From Candidatus Marinacidobacterales bacterium (lineage in GTDB: Bacteria; Acidobacteriota; Vicinamibacteria; Marinacidobacterales; DATDRI01), in the NCBI GenBank assembly GCA_965219415.1, contig CBDCNP010000002.1, positions 1,376,001-1,440,000 of the forward strand: DNA of 64,000 nucleotides, in the 5' to 3' direction. The translations under genes were made by a program, and so were the position numbers. A model generated the notes under the pieces. The model was given only the letters and a program-made list of their open reading frames with translations. It was not told the origin of the DNA and did not search any database. Positions 19,861 to 29,553 of this stretch are shown here, piece after piece; the stretch's first letter is position 1; the number at the start of each line of letters is the position of its first letter.

Positions 19861-22281
19861 ATGAATACGGTATGCCGAAGCATGTTGTTCCTTCTTGTCT
19901 TGCTCGGAGCTCTTGTCAATAGGTGTGTAAAAAAGTTCAGGCAGCAACAACCTTCGACGACTCCGTTACCCTGTCTCCATCTTCAAATCGAACGCCCAGG
20001 TGAACCTCTCGCATCAGCTCCGGTGCGTTGAGCCGGCGAAAATTCTTCTCCGCAACCAGAAGCAGTTTGAAGATTGTCGCAGTGGCGGACTCGACTTTCT
20101 TGAACCTTTTGGCCGCATCCGTTCTCAATCTCAGTGCAGCGAACGGTGACTCCACGACGTTGCTCGTGCGAAGGTGTTGCCAGTGAGGCTTGGGAAAGGA
20201 ATAGAAGCTGACCATCCGCTCCCAGTCCTCGTCAAGCACGTGCGCGGCCCCCGGAAGACCCTTGCGCAAGCACCAATCCTGGAACTTGGCCTTCTTCGTC
20301 TCGCACTCCTGCAGGCTGGTGGGGTAGGGGATCGCCGTCAACAGCGGCTTGGCCTGCGCCTGGTCCCTTTTCGGAATCCGGTCCAGTACGTTGAGGATTC
20401 GGTGGTTCCAGCACCGCTGCTCCTCAGCTTCTGGAAATACGTTTCGGGTCGCGGCCCAGATGCCGAGATGACCGTCACCGATCACCAAACGGGGACATCT
20501 CAGACCGCGCTTCTTCCGTCTCCGTAGCAGCGACGACCATGACGCTTCGGATTCTCGATGCCCGGCCTCCAGCGTCAGGACGATTTTCGTCCCGTCGGAC
20601 AGGCCACCAACCGCAACTAGCACCGCCGCCTTGTCCTTCTCAAGGCCGGCCTTCACGTACACGCCATCTACCCACAGGGACACGAGCTCGAGTTCGTCCA
20701 GTGGGCGAGCTAGCCACTGCTCGTACTCTCCCTGCCATTTCTGTTTCAGCCGCGACACCGTGCTGGGAGAAAGTGGAGCGTCCTCCCCTAGAAGCCCGCG
20801 GAGCGCCAAATCGAAATCTCCGTGAGCTAGTCCATGCAGGTACAGCTCCGGAATCAACTCGCTCACCGTTTCGCTCCGACGCTTGAACAGCGGAAGCACT
20901 CGACTTTCGAACCTCTCCTCCACGTCCCGTACTCTCGGCCGGCGAACCGTCACTGTGCCCACGCTCATCGTCAGCTTCCGAGGCTTACCGTATCCATTTC
21001 GATAGCCCGCCGTTGTGTCCACGGGCTTCCGTCTCTCCGATTTCTCACGCCCGAGAAGCTCCGTGACTTCGGCTACCATCAGCTCCTGCACCCAATCCTG
21101 GATCTCGAGCCTCGCCGCGAAGATGATTTCCGTTCTCGAACACCAGCAGCTTGGGAAAATATGATCCGCAGAGACAGGTTCGATTTCGTACTTCCCCAAG
21201 CCATGCGAAACAACAACATTGACCTCTGGATTCAAGTGATTCAAAGCTGGGACCCCGTGGACCTAGGGGCGACCTCCGGATATGGCGTTTTTGCAGACCA
21301 AGGCGGCGATCGCATTGAACGCGCTTTGTTTTCCTATAGCGATGATGTTCAAGACGCTGGTGCCTACGATATGGTCAAGGTAGTCGAAAAATCTGATCGT
21401 CGATTTGCAGACCTAAAGGAATTCGTGGCCAAGTATGATCCCAAGCGCATCGGCGTGAACTTCTCCGAAAGACTAGCCTTTGCTGATGGGATCACGCATG
21501 AAGACTACACGCACCTGAGCGATGCGATTGGCCCACAATTCGAGAAAAGAATTCTGTCAGCTGACATTCTGATCGTGGATTTCTTGTCGGGAAAGGTCAC
21601 CAGTGAATTGGTTCGTTTCGGCCAATCCGGTGAGGAAAGGTCCGAGTACCCGGAAAGGACATTTGGAAAAATCGTGCCTGGTGTCACCACCTTGAATGAG
21701 GTGCCAGGGAATGTATTTATGCGAAATCGGGACGGACGTGAAAGCCTCCAAGGTGATTACATCATTCAGCGGGGCGACCTCGTGAATACCCCCCTCGCGA
21801 GCGCCTACGTGCTGCGAGAAGGAGAGACTGAGCTACCGCCAGAGCACCAGAGAATCTGGGACCATGCGATGGTGGTCCGTGACATTCTACGGAGAAATAT
21901 CTTCCCAGGTCGCACTGGGGGAGAAACGCTGGCTATCCTAGCGGAAAAATTGGAAGAGGCGGGGTATCTCTATACCGATGAGGACCGTTACAACAGGAAC
22001 GGGGATCCCGAGAAAACCCAGGTTCATCTTGACCTCCATACGGAGGGCGTTGCCGATGAATTGATTGGCCCGAGGATTTCACCGCTGGATCCCGATTGGG
22101 TTCGGGAATTAAGGATTCCGCTCAATCATACTTTTACCCTGGAGTACATGGTCCACATGCCGGTGCCGGAGTGGGGTCGAGGAAAGCATATCTATCTCCC
22201 CTTCCACGATTCTGGGGTTGTCACAGAACGTGCGTCGAATTCCCTTATCCCCCTATTGACGGAATCTATCTCGTTCACTGA
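19861..22281 (+). pseudogene. Exported M24 (Xaa-Pro aminopeptidase-like) peptidase interrupted by IS256
   Basis: CAGGAG RBS plus signal-peptide start MNTVCRSMLFLLVLLG at 19861-19906. The body resumes at about 21120 (IRRDRFDFVLPQAMR..IDLWI, YDPKRIGVN, IIQRGDL, HTFTLEY). Another frameshift near 22230; stop at 22281. Confidence 0.7.
19907..21115 (-). mobile_element. IS256-family element (Mutator-type DDE transposase), 5' end missing
   Basis: GYRNGY, VRRPRVRD, LWVDGVY, VIGDG, QRCWNH, RTSNVVES. Terminal-repeat-like GAGCTCTTGTCAATAGGTGTGTAAA at 19907. No matching other end and no start codon. Confidence 0.9.
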
Positions 22282-22391
22282 CACCCGGTCATGCCTTTCC
22301 CGAGACAGATAGGCATTTCTATCCGGAGGAGCAGTCCGTGGAACGGCTAGATTGAAGCAAATTCTTCGCACGCGGAGCGTTTCGAATTTGG

Positions 22392-22735
22392 TCAAACACA
22401 TTGTGAGGCAAAAAAGCATCGCCGCCGGGGCAGCATCGAGGCGTCGATGACCGCAGAGTCGCTGACACGCGGTGTTGACGAACGAACGCGGTTGGCATAG
22501 GCGCCATGGAAATGAACCAGATGCTTGTTGGGCTCTGGGATGTGGATGAGCACTCGGGCGAGAATCGTCCGCATTCGGGCTCCTTCGAAGGAATCAGATG
22601 TTGCGGGGCTTCTTCGAAGGGCTGCCCACCGCAAAAACTCGAGCGTGTCGATAGGCTCGCTGTCGTCGACATCGTGGCCGGCTTTCGGCTCATAAATGAG
22701 GAGACCCGATTGCGGATGACGGGACAGGTTGACTG
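22392..22735 (-). mobile_element. IS91-like (Y2) transposase C-terminal fragment
   Basis: DTLEFL...LARVLIHIPEPNKHLVHFHGAYANR resembles the DPLEFLARV..HIP....VRYYG.YSN block. Confidence 0.6.
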
Positions 22736-22975
22736 GCGCGCGGTGCCGGTGCGAACAAAGGTCTGAAACAGCAAGCACACCGCTTGTTGCACCTCGAGGT
22801 CTGGATCGAGCACGACTTTAGCATCGACATCATAAACGAGGCCGACAGGGAGGTGAGTGCGAAGCTCTCCCCGCCGCGCTTTGTTCAAAAGGCCACCTCG
22901 CAGTCGGGCCCGCATGACGTGCAGCTCGGCTTCACTCATGGTGCCCTTCAAACCGAGAAGCAGGCGATCGTTGAT
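22735..22975 (-). mobile_element. Large serine recombinase internal fragment
   Basis: NDRLLLGLKGTMSEAELHVMRARLRGGLLNKARRGEL...PVGLVYD...DPD; catalytic N-terminus and C-terminus absent. Confidence 0.75.
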
Positions 22976-23109
22976 TGGAGTAACTCGGCGAAAATCGCCG
23001 CTCGCTTCGCGCCACAAGAAGGACAAAGTCCCCTATGGCAGGGCTCGTCGTGGATTGCCGCCGCCGACGCCTTCATCAAGCCCTGAGTGCTTTCGTTTAG
23101 AATACGGCC

Positions 23110-23532
23110 ATGGGGGAATCGCGGGCGGGTGTTCTCTTTCTATGTGTGGCCAATTCCGCGCGAAGCCCGATGGCGGAGGGACTGGCTCGGGCGGTTGCGC
23201 CCGAGGAGCGTGAGATCTATAGCGCCGGCTCGGCACCCACCCAGCTCAATCCATTTGCCCGCGAAGTGATGCAGGAACTGGGCGTCGATATTTCCTCCCA
23301 CCGATCGAAAGCCATCGACGAGATCCCTTCGCATCGAATCGGGACGGTGATCACGCTCTGTGCCGAGGAAGTGTGCCCGGTATTCCCCGGGAACGTGGAA
23401 AGGTTTCACTGGCCCTTCGAAGATCCTGCCGCGGCGAAGGGCAGAGACGAAGAGGTACGGGAGGAGTTCCGGCGCATCCGCGATCAGATCCGGACCCAGA
23501 TCGAGGATTTCTTCAAGGCCGATTCCGCTTAG
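23110..23532 (+). CDS. arsC: Arsenate reductase ArsC (LMW-PTP family)
   Basis: P-loop LFLCVANSARS, ITLCAEEVCP, HWPFEDP, FRRIRDQI. Confidence 0.85.
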   Translation: MGESRAGVLFLCVANSARSPMAEGLARAVAPEEREIYSAGSAPTQLNPFAREVMQELGVDISSHRSKAIDEIPSHRIGTVITLCAEEVCPVFPGNVERFHWPFEDPAAAKGRDEEVREEFRRIRDQIRTQIEDFFKADSA

Positions 23533-23537
23533 CCGGC

Positions 23538-24245
23538 CTACTCGGATTCGCTTTCGATGAGGTCCTCGGGACGGCCTTCTTCTTGGCTTCCACCCAGCCC
23601 GTAGCGAACCAAGTGATCCCCCATCTCGATCGCCTCGCGCGGGCTGTGGGTGACGAAGACCATCGGGATGCCACTGCTTTCTTGCACCTCACGGACGACG
23701 CGGCGCATCTCGCGTCGGGTTGCGAGATCGAGACTGGCAAAGGGCTCATCGAGTAGTAGTAAGCGCGGCTCTGGTGCTAGCGCCCGGGCGAGCGACGCGC
23801 GTTGCGACTCCCCTCCCGACAGACGACGCGGCATGCGATCCGCCAAATGCTCCACCCCGAGACGCTTCAGCCACTCCTCGGCGAGTCGTCGGGAACCGTT
23901 TCCGTTCCCACGGGCTCGCAGGCCGAAAGCCACGTTGTCACGAACATTGAGATGTGGGAAGAGCGCCACGTGCTGGGGCACATAACCAACGCGGCGATGT
24001 TCCGGGGCAAGGTTTCGTTGCGCTTCGCTGTCGAGAAGTGTCTCGCCGCCCACGCGAATCGTGCCGGTCGCGGGTCGTAGGCCTGCCACCGCGCGAACGG
24101 TCAAGGTCTTGCCGGTCGCGGAAGGGCCGAAGATGACGAGGATTCCCTTCGCCAGAGCGAAGCGCGCTACGACCGTGGTGCGTTCGCGCCCCGAGCCCAG
24201 AGGGATGGTAACGTCTACCTCCAGAGCCTTCGCCGTTTCCGTCAC
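23538..24245 (-). CDS. modC: Molybdate ABC transporter ATP-binding protein
   Basis: GPSATGKT, GYVPQ..ALFPHLNV, LSGGESQR, LLLDEPF. GTG 24245 overlaps the modB stop. Confidence 0.85.
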   Translation of the reverse strand: MTETAKALEVDVTIPLGSGRERTTVVARFALAKGILVIFGPSATGKTLTVRAVAGLRPATGTIRVGGETLLDSEAQRNLAPEHRRVGYVPQHVALFPHLNVRDNVAFGLRARGNGNGSRRLAEEWLKRLGVEHLADRMPRRLSGGESQRASLARALAPEPRLLLLDEPFASLDLATRREMRRVVREVQESSGIPMVFVTHSPREAIEMGDHLVRYGLGGSQEEGRPEDLIESESE

Positions 24246-24901
24246 CAGCGCCCTCTTTCTAAACGCGAGAACGCCAGTACCACCGCGACGGAAACAACGG
24301 TTAACGTCGCCACCAGCGCCACCGCCCGCGCGTCGTCTCCCGCCTGGTAGGAGCTCCAGATCTCGAGCGTCATGGTGTTGGTCTTCCCGGGGATGTTGCC
24401 GGCGAACATGAGCGTCGCGCCGAACTCGCCAAGGGCCCGCGCGAAGCAAAGTACCGCCCCTGCTACCAATCCGCGCCAGGCCACCGGAACCGTCACTCGA
24501 AAAAAGGTTGCGATCGGTCCCGCGCCAAGAGTTCTCGCCACCGCTTCCAACTCCGGATCCACTCCGAGGAATGCCGCTTGCGCAAACTTGATGAAGAGCG
24601 GCAACGCCACGACCACCGCAGCGATAACCGCAGCCCAGAACGTAAATATGATCGAGACGCCCAAGATCTCATAGAGCGGTCCACCGATGGTCCCGTTCCT
24701 GCCCAGAAGCAGGATCAAATAGTAGCCGGTCACCGACGGAGACAGAACGATGGGGAGCACGATCAAGACGTCCACCAGCGCACGACCTGGGTAATCACGA
24801 CGCGCCTGAAGGTATCCGAGCACGAGTCCGATGGGTACGATCACCGCGAGCGCGGCTAAAGCCACCCGCAGCGACAAAAGAAGGGGGAAGCCGACGCTCA
24901 T
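24242..24901 (-). CDS. modB: Molybdate ABC transporter permease
   Basis: LPIVLSPSVTGY, ARTLGA, FARALGEFGAT..FAGNIPGKT. Confidence 0.92.
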   Translation of the reverse strand: MSVGFPLLLSLRVALAALAVIVPIGLVLGYLQARRDYPGRALVDVLIVLPIVLSPSVTGYYLILLLGRNGTIGGPLYEILGVSIIFTFWAAVIAAVVVALPLFIKFAQAAFLGVDPELEAVARTLGAGPIATFFRVTVPVAWRGLVAGAVLCFARALGEFGATLMFAGNIPGKTNTMTLEIWSSYQAGDDARAVALVATLTVVSVAVVLAFSRLERGRW

Positions 24902-25662
24902 GGCGCGATGAAACCCGCCGACTCCAGCTCGCGAACGACGGTTTCGGAGCCAAGGAAATCGAAGAATTGTTGTGCCTGTGCCCGCCGGTCTTCCTCACGC
25001 GGCTCGCGGGCTACCATCGCTACTTCGTAGACGACTTCCGGTGCCGGTGGGCTCGCGGCGACCAAGATCGGCTCTAGGTCCAAGAGTTTGGCGTCCGTCG
25101 CGTAGACGATTCCCGCATCGACCTCTCCTCTCGCCACGTAACTCAAGACCTGACGCACATCGCCCGCGAGTACAGCTTTCGTTTGGACTTCGGCCCACAA
25201 GCCCGCCGCTTCGAGCCACTCGCGGGCATACTTCCCGGCGGGCACCGAGCGGGGATCTCCGATCCCCACGCGCTCAACCCGCCTCGAGCTCAAGTCGTCG
25301 AGAGTTCGGACCAGGTTTCGGTCTCCGATGAGGACGAGGCTGTTCCGTGCAAAGATCCGGCGCTTGTCTTTGTCCACCAGCCCAGCATCGGCGATCCGAT
25401 CGATGTGCTCGGTAGACGCGGAGATGAAAACCTGGACCGGTGCACCCATCTCGATCTGTTGGCGCAAAGCTCCCGAGCCCGCAAAATTGAGCTGCAATGT
25501 AATGTCGAGGTGCTCTCGCTCGAAAACGCTAGAGACTTCGGTGATCACTTCCCGCAGGCTGGCGGCCGTCGAGATTGTCAGCTCGACTCGATCGGGCGGC
25601 GATCCGCCGGCTCCGCACGCCAGAGCCGTCGACAAACAAAGCCATGGCCAGAACCGATGCAT
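24898..25662 (-). CDS. modA: Molybdate ABC transporter substrate-binding lipoprotein
   Basis: ATG 25662 MHRFWPWLCLSTALAC (lipobox); AASL, FAGSG.L..QIE.GAP, VPAGKYA, GIVYATD. Confidence 0.9.
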   Translation of the reverse strand: MHRFWPWLCLSTALACGAGGSPPDRVELTISTAASLREVITEVSSVFEREHLDITLQLNFAGSGALRQQIEMGAPVQVFISASTEHIDRIADAGLVDKDKRRIFARNSLVLIGDRNLVRTLDDLSSRRVERVGIGDPRSVPAGKYAREWLEAAGLWAEVQTKAVLAGDVRQVLSYVARGEVDAGIVYATDAKLLDLEPILVAASPPAPEVVYEVAMVAREPREEDRRAQAQQFFDFLGSETVVRELESAGFIAP

Positions 25663-25690
25663 CGTCGATATTATAGGCCTCAATGCGCGC

Positions 25691-27400
25691 TCACTCCTCG
25701 TTGGCGCGCCTGGCGCCTCGCTCCTCGCTCCTCGCTCCTCGCTCGCCGCACGTTTCGTCGGCCGACTCCGCCCAGGCTCGCTCCGCTCGCAGGGCCTCCA
25801 CTGCCTGCGCGAGGTCGACCGCCTCGAACCGCAATCGTTCACCAGGCATGAGCTGTGCGAGGCGGGGTATATCGGCGCCGATGACGGTCCCGATCTTGGG
25901 ATAGCCCCCCGCAGTGGCACGGTCGGCGAGCATGACGATCGGTTTTCCATCCGCCGGGATCTGCATCGCCCCCAGCACCATCCCGTCGGTCACGATCTCG
26001 CGCGCCTTCTTGTGGCGAATGCTCGGACCCTCCAAACGACAACCCATTCGATCCGAAGACGCGGCGATGGTGTATTCCGACGAGGTCAACGTTTCTTTCG
26101 CCTTCTTGGAGAAGTAATCCTCCTGCAATCCGAAAACCACACGCATCACCGTCTCGGAGCTAGCGGTCGTTGTGTCACCGCCCCAGCGGCGACCAGGACT
26201 CGCGTGGCTCTCAGAAGAAAGCGCCGTAAGAATGTCGCCGCGCTCGAGCGCACGACCCCGAAGACCTCCCAGGGCCGACGTCAGATAGGTCGACCGCGAA
26301 TCGAGCACTAGGGGTACTCCCCATCCCCCCGCTACTGACAAGTAGCAGCGGTACCCGGCTTGCCGGCCACTAAATCGCAAAACGTTTCCCGCACGAGCCA
26401 GGAACGATAGGTTGGGCGGAACTTCCCAGGGCCCGAGGTCACCGCGCTCTAGAACCGGACCGAGATTCGCACCACAGATTGCGACGAGGGTCGTTCGCAA
26501 GAATCGCAAAGAGGGTCCCATGGCCGTGCACTCGAGAGCCGCGGCGACCGGCTCATTCCCTACCAAGAAGTTGGCGGCCCGCAGCGATGCGGCGTCCGCG
26601 GCCCCGGCTACGGGTACTCCGTACCTTTGGTAGCCGACGCGTCCCAGGTCCTGAACCGTGGTGAGCAGTCCTCCATCCAACACTTCGATGGTAGGCTCGC
26701 CCCGATCTAGATTTTTCGTCGAAGCCTCCTGCAACTTGTCAGAACTGTCAGGCAATTCAGGAACGGATACGAACCGCACTCGATCGCCGGAAACGAAAAA
26801 AGTCGGAGGACTGGGCTCCGGATCGAACAAGGGGAGCGAGGCACGCCCGATGAGATTCCAACCTCCCGGAGTCGCGGAGGGATAGACACCCGTCTGCCTG
26901 CCGGCGATGGCAACGGAGCCGGCCGGCACACGAATGCGTGGTGTCGCCTTGCGTGGTCGCGCGATCGCTTCCGGGAGCAGGCCCATGTAGGCGAAACCCG
27001 GCGAAAACCCGAGCATGTAGACTCGGTACTCCGTTCCGGTGTGAAGAGCAACGACTTCAGAGCGGCTCAGTCCTGTGTCATGTGCAACCGCATCCAGGTC
27101 TTCACCATCGTAGACGGTGGGAACTTCTTTGATCGGTGCACGGCTTGGTTCGGCCCGGGCGGGCTTGCCGGCGAGCCGCGTGAGATAGGCAGCGACCTCG
27201 TCGAACTCCGCCCGCAACGGATCGAAATGGACGAGCAGGGAACGATAAGTCGGCACCGCCTCCACGAATCCTGGAAAAGGCTTTTCGAGGAGTGCTTCGT
27301 CGAGGGCTCTTACCTTCGCATTCAGCTCGAGATCGATCGCTTCGCCGAACTCCACCGATATCGCTGCTTCACCTGCGTTCAGAATTCGGGGAAAAGTCAT
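25691..27400 (-). CDS. pxpBC: 5-oxoprolinase subunit B/C fusion (PxpB-PxpC, KipI-KipA-like)
   Basis: N-half VPTYRSLLV, GFSPGFAY, VPAGSVAIAG, PGGWNLIG. C-half TTVQDLGR.G, SDRMG, TAGGYPKI. Confidence 0.9.
   Translation of the reverse strand: MTFPRILNAGEAAISVEFGEAIDLELNAKVRALDEALLEKPFPGFVEAVPTYRSLLVHFDPLRAEFDEVAAYLTRLAGKPARAEPSRAPIKEVPTVYDGEDLDAVAHDTGLSRSEVVALHTGTEYRVYMLGFSPGFAYMGLLPEAIARPRKATPRIRVPAGSVAIAGRQTGVYPSATPGGWNLIGRASLPLFDPEPSPPTFFVSGDRVRFVSVPELPDSSDKLQEASTKNLDRGEPTIEVLDGGLLTTVQDLGRVGYQRYGVPVAGAADAASLRAANFLVGNEPVAAALECTAMGPSLRFLRTTLVAICGANLGPVLERGDLGPWEVPPNLSFLARAGNVLRFSGRQAGYRCYLSVAGGWGVPLVLDSRSTYLTSALGGLRGRALERGDILTALSSESHASPGRRWGGDTTTASSETVMRVVFGLQEDYFSKKAKETLTSSEYTIAASSDRMGCRLEGPSIRHKKAREIVTDGMVLGAMQIPADGKPIVMLADRATAGGYPKIGTVIGADIPRLAQLMPGERLRFEAVDLAQAVEALRAERAWAESADETCGERGARSEERGARRANEE
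25716..25743. repeat. Tandem heptamer (CCTCGCT)x4
   Basis: Four perfect copies in the 3' end of pxpBC. Confidence 0.9.
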
Positions 27401-27433
27401 CTCGGTCTGAGACGAGCCTCGCGCGGTACCTCT

Positions 27434-28198
27434 TTAGCGGCTCGCCAGGGAACGCACTTCGACTCCCGCGTCTGCGAGAGCTTGGCGAATGGCTTGTACG
27501 TTCTGAACAGCACTGGGATTGTCTCCGTGGACACACAGAGTCTCTGCTTCAAGAGTCACTTCACCACCGTCGTGCGACGTGACCTTTCGGTCGCGGGCGA
27601 CGGCGAGCGCCTGGGCGGCAGCCTTGGTGGGGTCGGTGATGACCGATCCTTCGATGCGTCGCGATTGTAGCGTACCGTCTGCGTTGTAAACGCGATCGGC
27701 GAATGCCTCGCCGGCATAGCGCAGCCCCTCCCCTTCCGCCGCCTCGCGCATCGTTGCCGACGTCGCGAGCCCGACGAAGATAAGCTCCCGGCTGAAGCGG
27801 GCGACGCCGCGAGCGATTGCTCGGGAAAGCTCGCTGTCGTTGACGGCTTGATTGTAAAGCGCGCCGTGAGGCTTGACGTGGACGAGCTGGACACCGTGAG
27901 AACGCGCGAAGCCGGCCACCGCCCCGACCTGGTAAAGAACGTCGGCTTCGACTTCCTTCGGGCTAGCCTGGATGGGCCGACGTCCGAACCCCCGCAGATC
28001 GAGATATCCCGGGTGCGCCCCCACCGAGACCCCACTCTTGGAAGCGAGGGCGATGGTTCGGTCCAGAGTCTCGGGGTCGCCGGCGTGAAAGCCGCAGGCA
28101 ACGTTGGCCGAGCTGATGAGTGGCATGAGGGCCTCATCGGCTCCCATCTGGTAGATGCCAAAGCTCTCGCCAATATCGCAGTTCAGATCGATCTGCAT
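27434..28198 (-). CDS. pxpA: 5-oxoprolinase subunit A (LamB/YcsF family)
   Basis: DLNCDIGESFG, SANVACGFHAGDP, GAHPGY, HVKPHGALYN, LCVHGD. Confidence 0.95.
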   Translation of the reverse strand: MQIDLNCDIGESFGIYQMGADEALMPLISSANVACGFHAGDPETLDRTIALASKSGVSVGAHPGYLDLRGFGRRPIQASPKEVEADVLYQVGAVAGFARSHGVQLVHVKPHGALYNQAVNDSELSRAIARGVARFSRELIFVGLATSATMREAAEGEGLRYAGEAFADRVYNADGTLQSRRIEGSVITDPTKAAAQALAVARDRKVTSHDGGEVTLEAETLCVHGDNPSAVQNVQAIRQALADAGVEVRSLASR

Positions 28199-28265
28199 GG
28201 CTCTTTACATTCTATAACAGGCCGATTCTCTGCGTGGGCTTGATCCGGTTTCGTAGACGGTTTAG

Positions 28266-29168
28266 TTAAGCTGGCGAAGTCCTCATCCGTCGTTCAAACT
28301 CGGCCGGACTGACCTGGCCGAGGGTCGAGTGTCGTCGTCTCTGGTTGTAGAATACCTCGATGAAGTCGAAGAGGGCCATCTTGGCCTCGCCGCAACTGAG
28401 GAAATGCTCCCCAAGCTCGTGCTTGACCGTGGAGAACCAGCTCTCGATGACGGCGTTGTCGTAGCAGTTGCCCCGTCGGCTCATGCTCCCGGTCATGCCA
28501 TGCGTCTCAAGGAGACGTTGGTAGTCTTTGCTGGCATACGGACTGCCCTGATCGGAGTGATGCAAGAGCCCCGCGGCCGGTTGGCGACGTTTCAGTGCCA
28601 TCCGCAACGCCTTGATAACCAGGTGACGGTCGTTAATAGCACTTACGGCCCACCCAACGAGGAATCGCGAGTAGAGGTCGAGGAGCGCCGCGAGATAAAG
28701 CTTCCCGCCGCTGCCGATCACGAACTCGGTCGTGTCCCCGACCCACCGTTGGTTCGGCGCATCGGCGACGAAGTCTTGCCCGAGCACATTGGCCGCGACG
28801 GGCTGGCCATGACCGCTTACCGTCGTGCGCTTGAAGCGTTTGCGTACTCGAGCAATGAGGCCTTCTGCCTGTTTCAACCGAATCACCCGCTTCCGACTCA
28901 CTCGATACCCCTGCTCGTGCAGGTCGTGATAAATCCGCGGACTCCCATAGGTGCGGCGACTCGCCTCATGGGAGGCACGAATCAACACGCGCAACTGGCG
29001 GTCCCGGCGCGCGTGGGCCGACGGCGGCCGACGTACCCAGGCATAAAAGCCACTCCGAGAGACGTTGAGAATCTGACACAGGTGAACGACCGGTACGGTG
29101 GCCTTCTCCGCCTGGATGAACGCGAATCTTACTCGCTCTCCTTCGCGAAGAAGGCCGCGGCTTTTTTT
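28266..29168 (-). CDS. IS3 OrfB (DDE integrase core), expressed by programmed -1 frameshift
   Basis: The frame is open from the slippery AAAAAAAG (29168-29161): RFAFIQAEK..VSRSGFYAW, YGSPRI, WVGDTT, HHSDQGSPY, CYDNAVIES. Confidence 0.9.
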   Translation of the reverse strand, partial: KKSRGLLREGERVRFAFIQAEKATVPVVHLCQILNVSRSGFYAWVRRPPSAHARRDRQLRVLIRASHEASRRTYGSPRIYHDLHEQGYRVSRKRVIRLKQAEGLIARVRKRFKRTTVSGHGQPVAANVLGQDFVADAPNQRWVGDTTEFVIGSGGKLYLAALLDLYSRFLVGWAVSAINDRHLVIKALRMALKRRQPAAGLLHHSDQGSPYASKDYQRLLETHGMTGSMSRRGNCYDNAVIESWFSTVKHELGEHFLSCGEAKMALFDFIEVFYNQRRRHSTLGQVSPAEFERRMRTSPA

Positions 29169-29446
29169 AAAACGTCGCGCTCCACCCGCAACCGCCGATT
29201 CTCTTTGCGGAGCCGCCGAAGCTCCTCGCGTTCCACGCCCGTCAAGCCCGTCCGGCCCTTCGTCCGATCGGCCCGGGCCTGACGGACCCAGTTGCGAAAC
29301 GCCGATTCGGTGAGGTCAAGCTCCCGGGCCACCCGACCCACGCTCTGGCCCTCATCAAGCACCAGCCGGACCGCGCCTGCCTTAAACTCGTCATCAAACT
29401 CCCGGCGGGGTCGCCGGGGCTGCGTTGTCTTTGCCATTGTGGACAT
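29129..29446 (-). CDS. IS3 OrfA (HTH)
   Basis: RREFDDEFKAGAVRLV...VARELDL...LRNW-like segment, ERDVLKKAAAFFAKE. Confidence 0.9.
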   Translation of the reverse strand: MSTMAKTTQPRRPRREFDDEFKAGAVRLVLDEGQSVGRVARELDLTESAFRNWVRQARADRTKGRTGLTGVEREELRRLRKENRRLRVERDVLKKAAAFFAKESE

Positions 29447-29553
29447 CGTATCCGCCTTTCAGAAAGTGTCCACGAAACTGGATCAAGCCCATGCGAAGAA
29501 AAGCGACGCTTGCATCACCGCGGTGAAACCAATAACCTTCACGAAACTCTTCC

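Larger units (their letters stand above)
28235..29491 (-). mobile_element. Complete IS3-family insertion sequence (1257 bp)
   Basis: IRs TGGGCTTGATCCGGTTTCGTAGAC and TGGGCTTGATCCAGTTTCGTGGAC (22/24 identical), TG...CA ends, 4-bp TGCG duplication at 28231-28234 and 29492-29495. Confidence 0.95.

Noticed and set aside
20834-21244. Genuine overlapping antisense genes (435-aa and 492-aa ORFs)
   Set aside because: Each ORF's N-terminal extension is just the reverse strand of the other gene across the IS junction.
23110-23532. Arsenic-resistance operon carried by the adjacent mobile debris
   Set aside because: No arsR, acr3 or arsB nearby. arsC is solitary and the neighbouring elements are short fragments.
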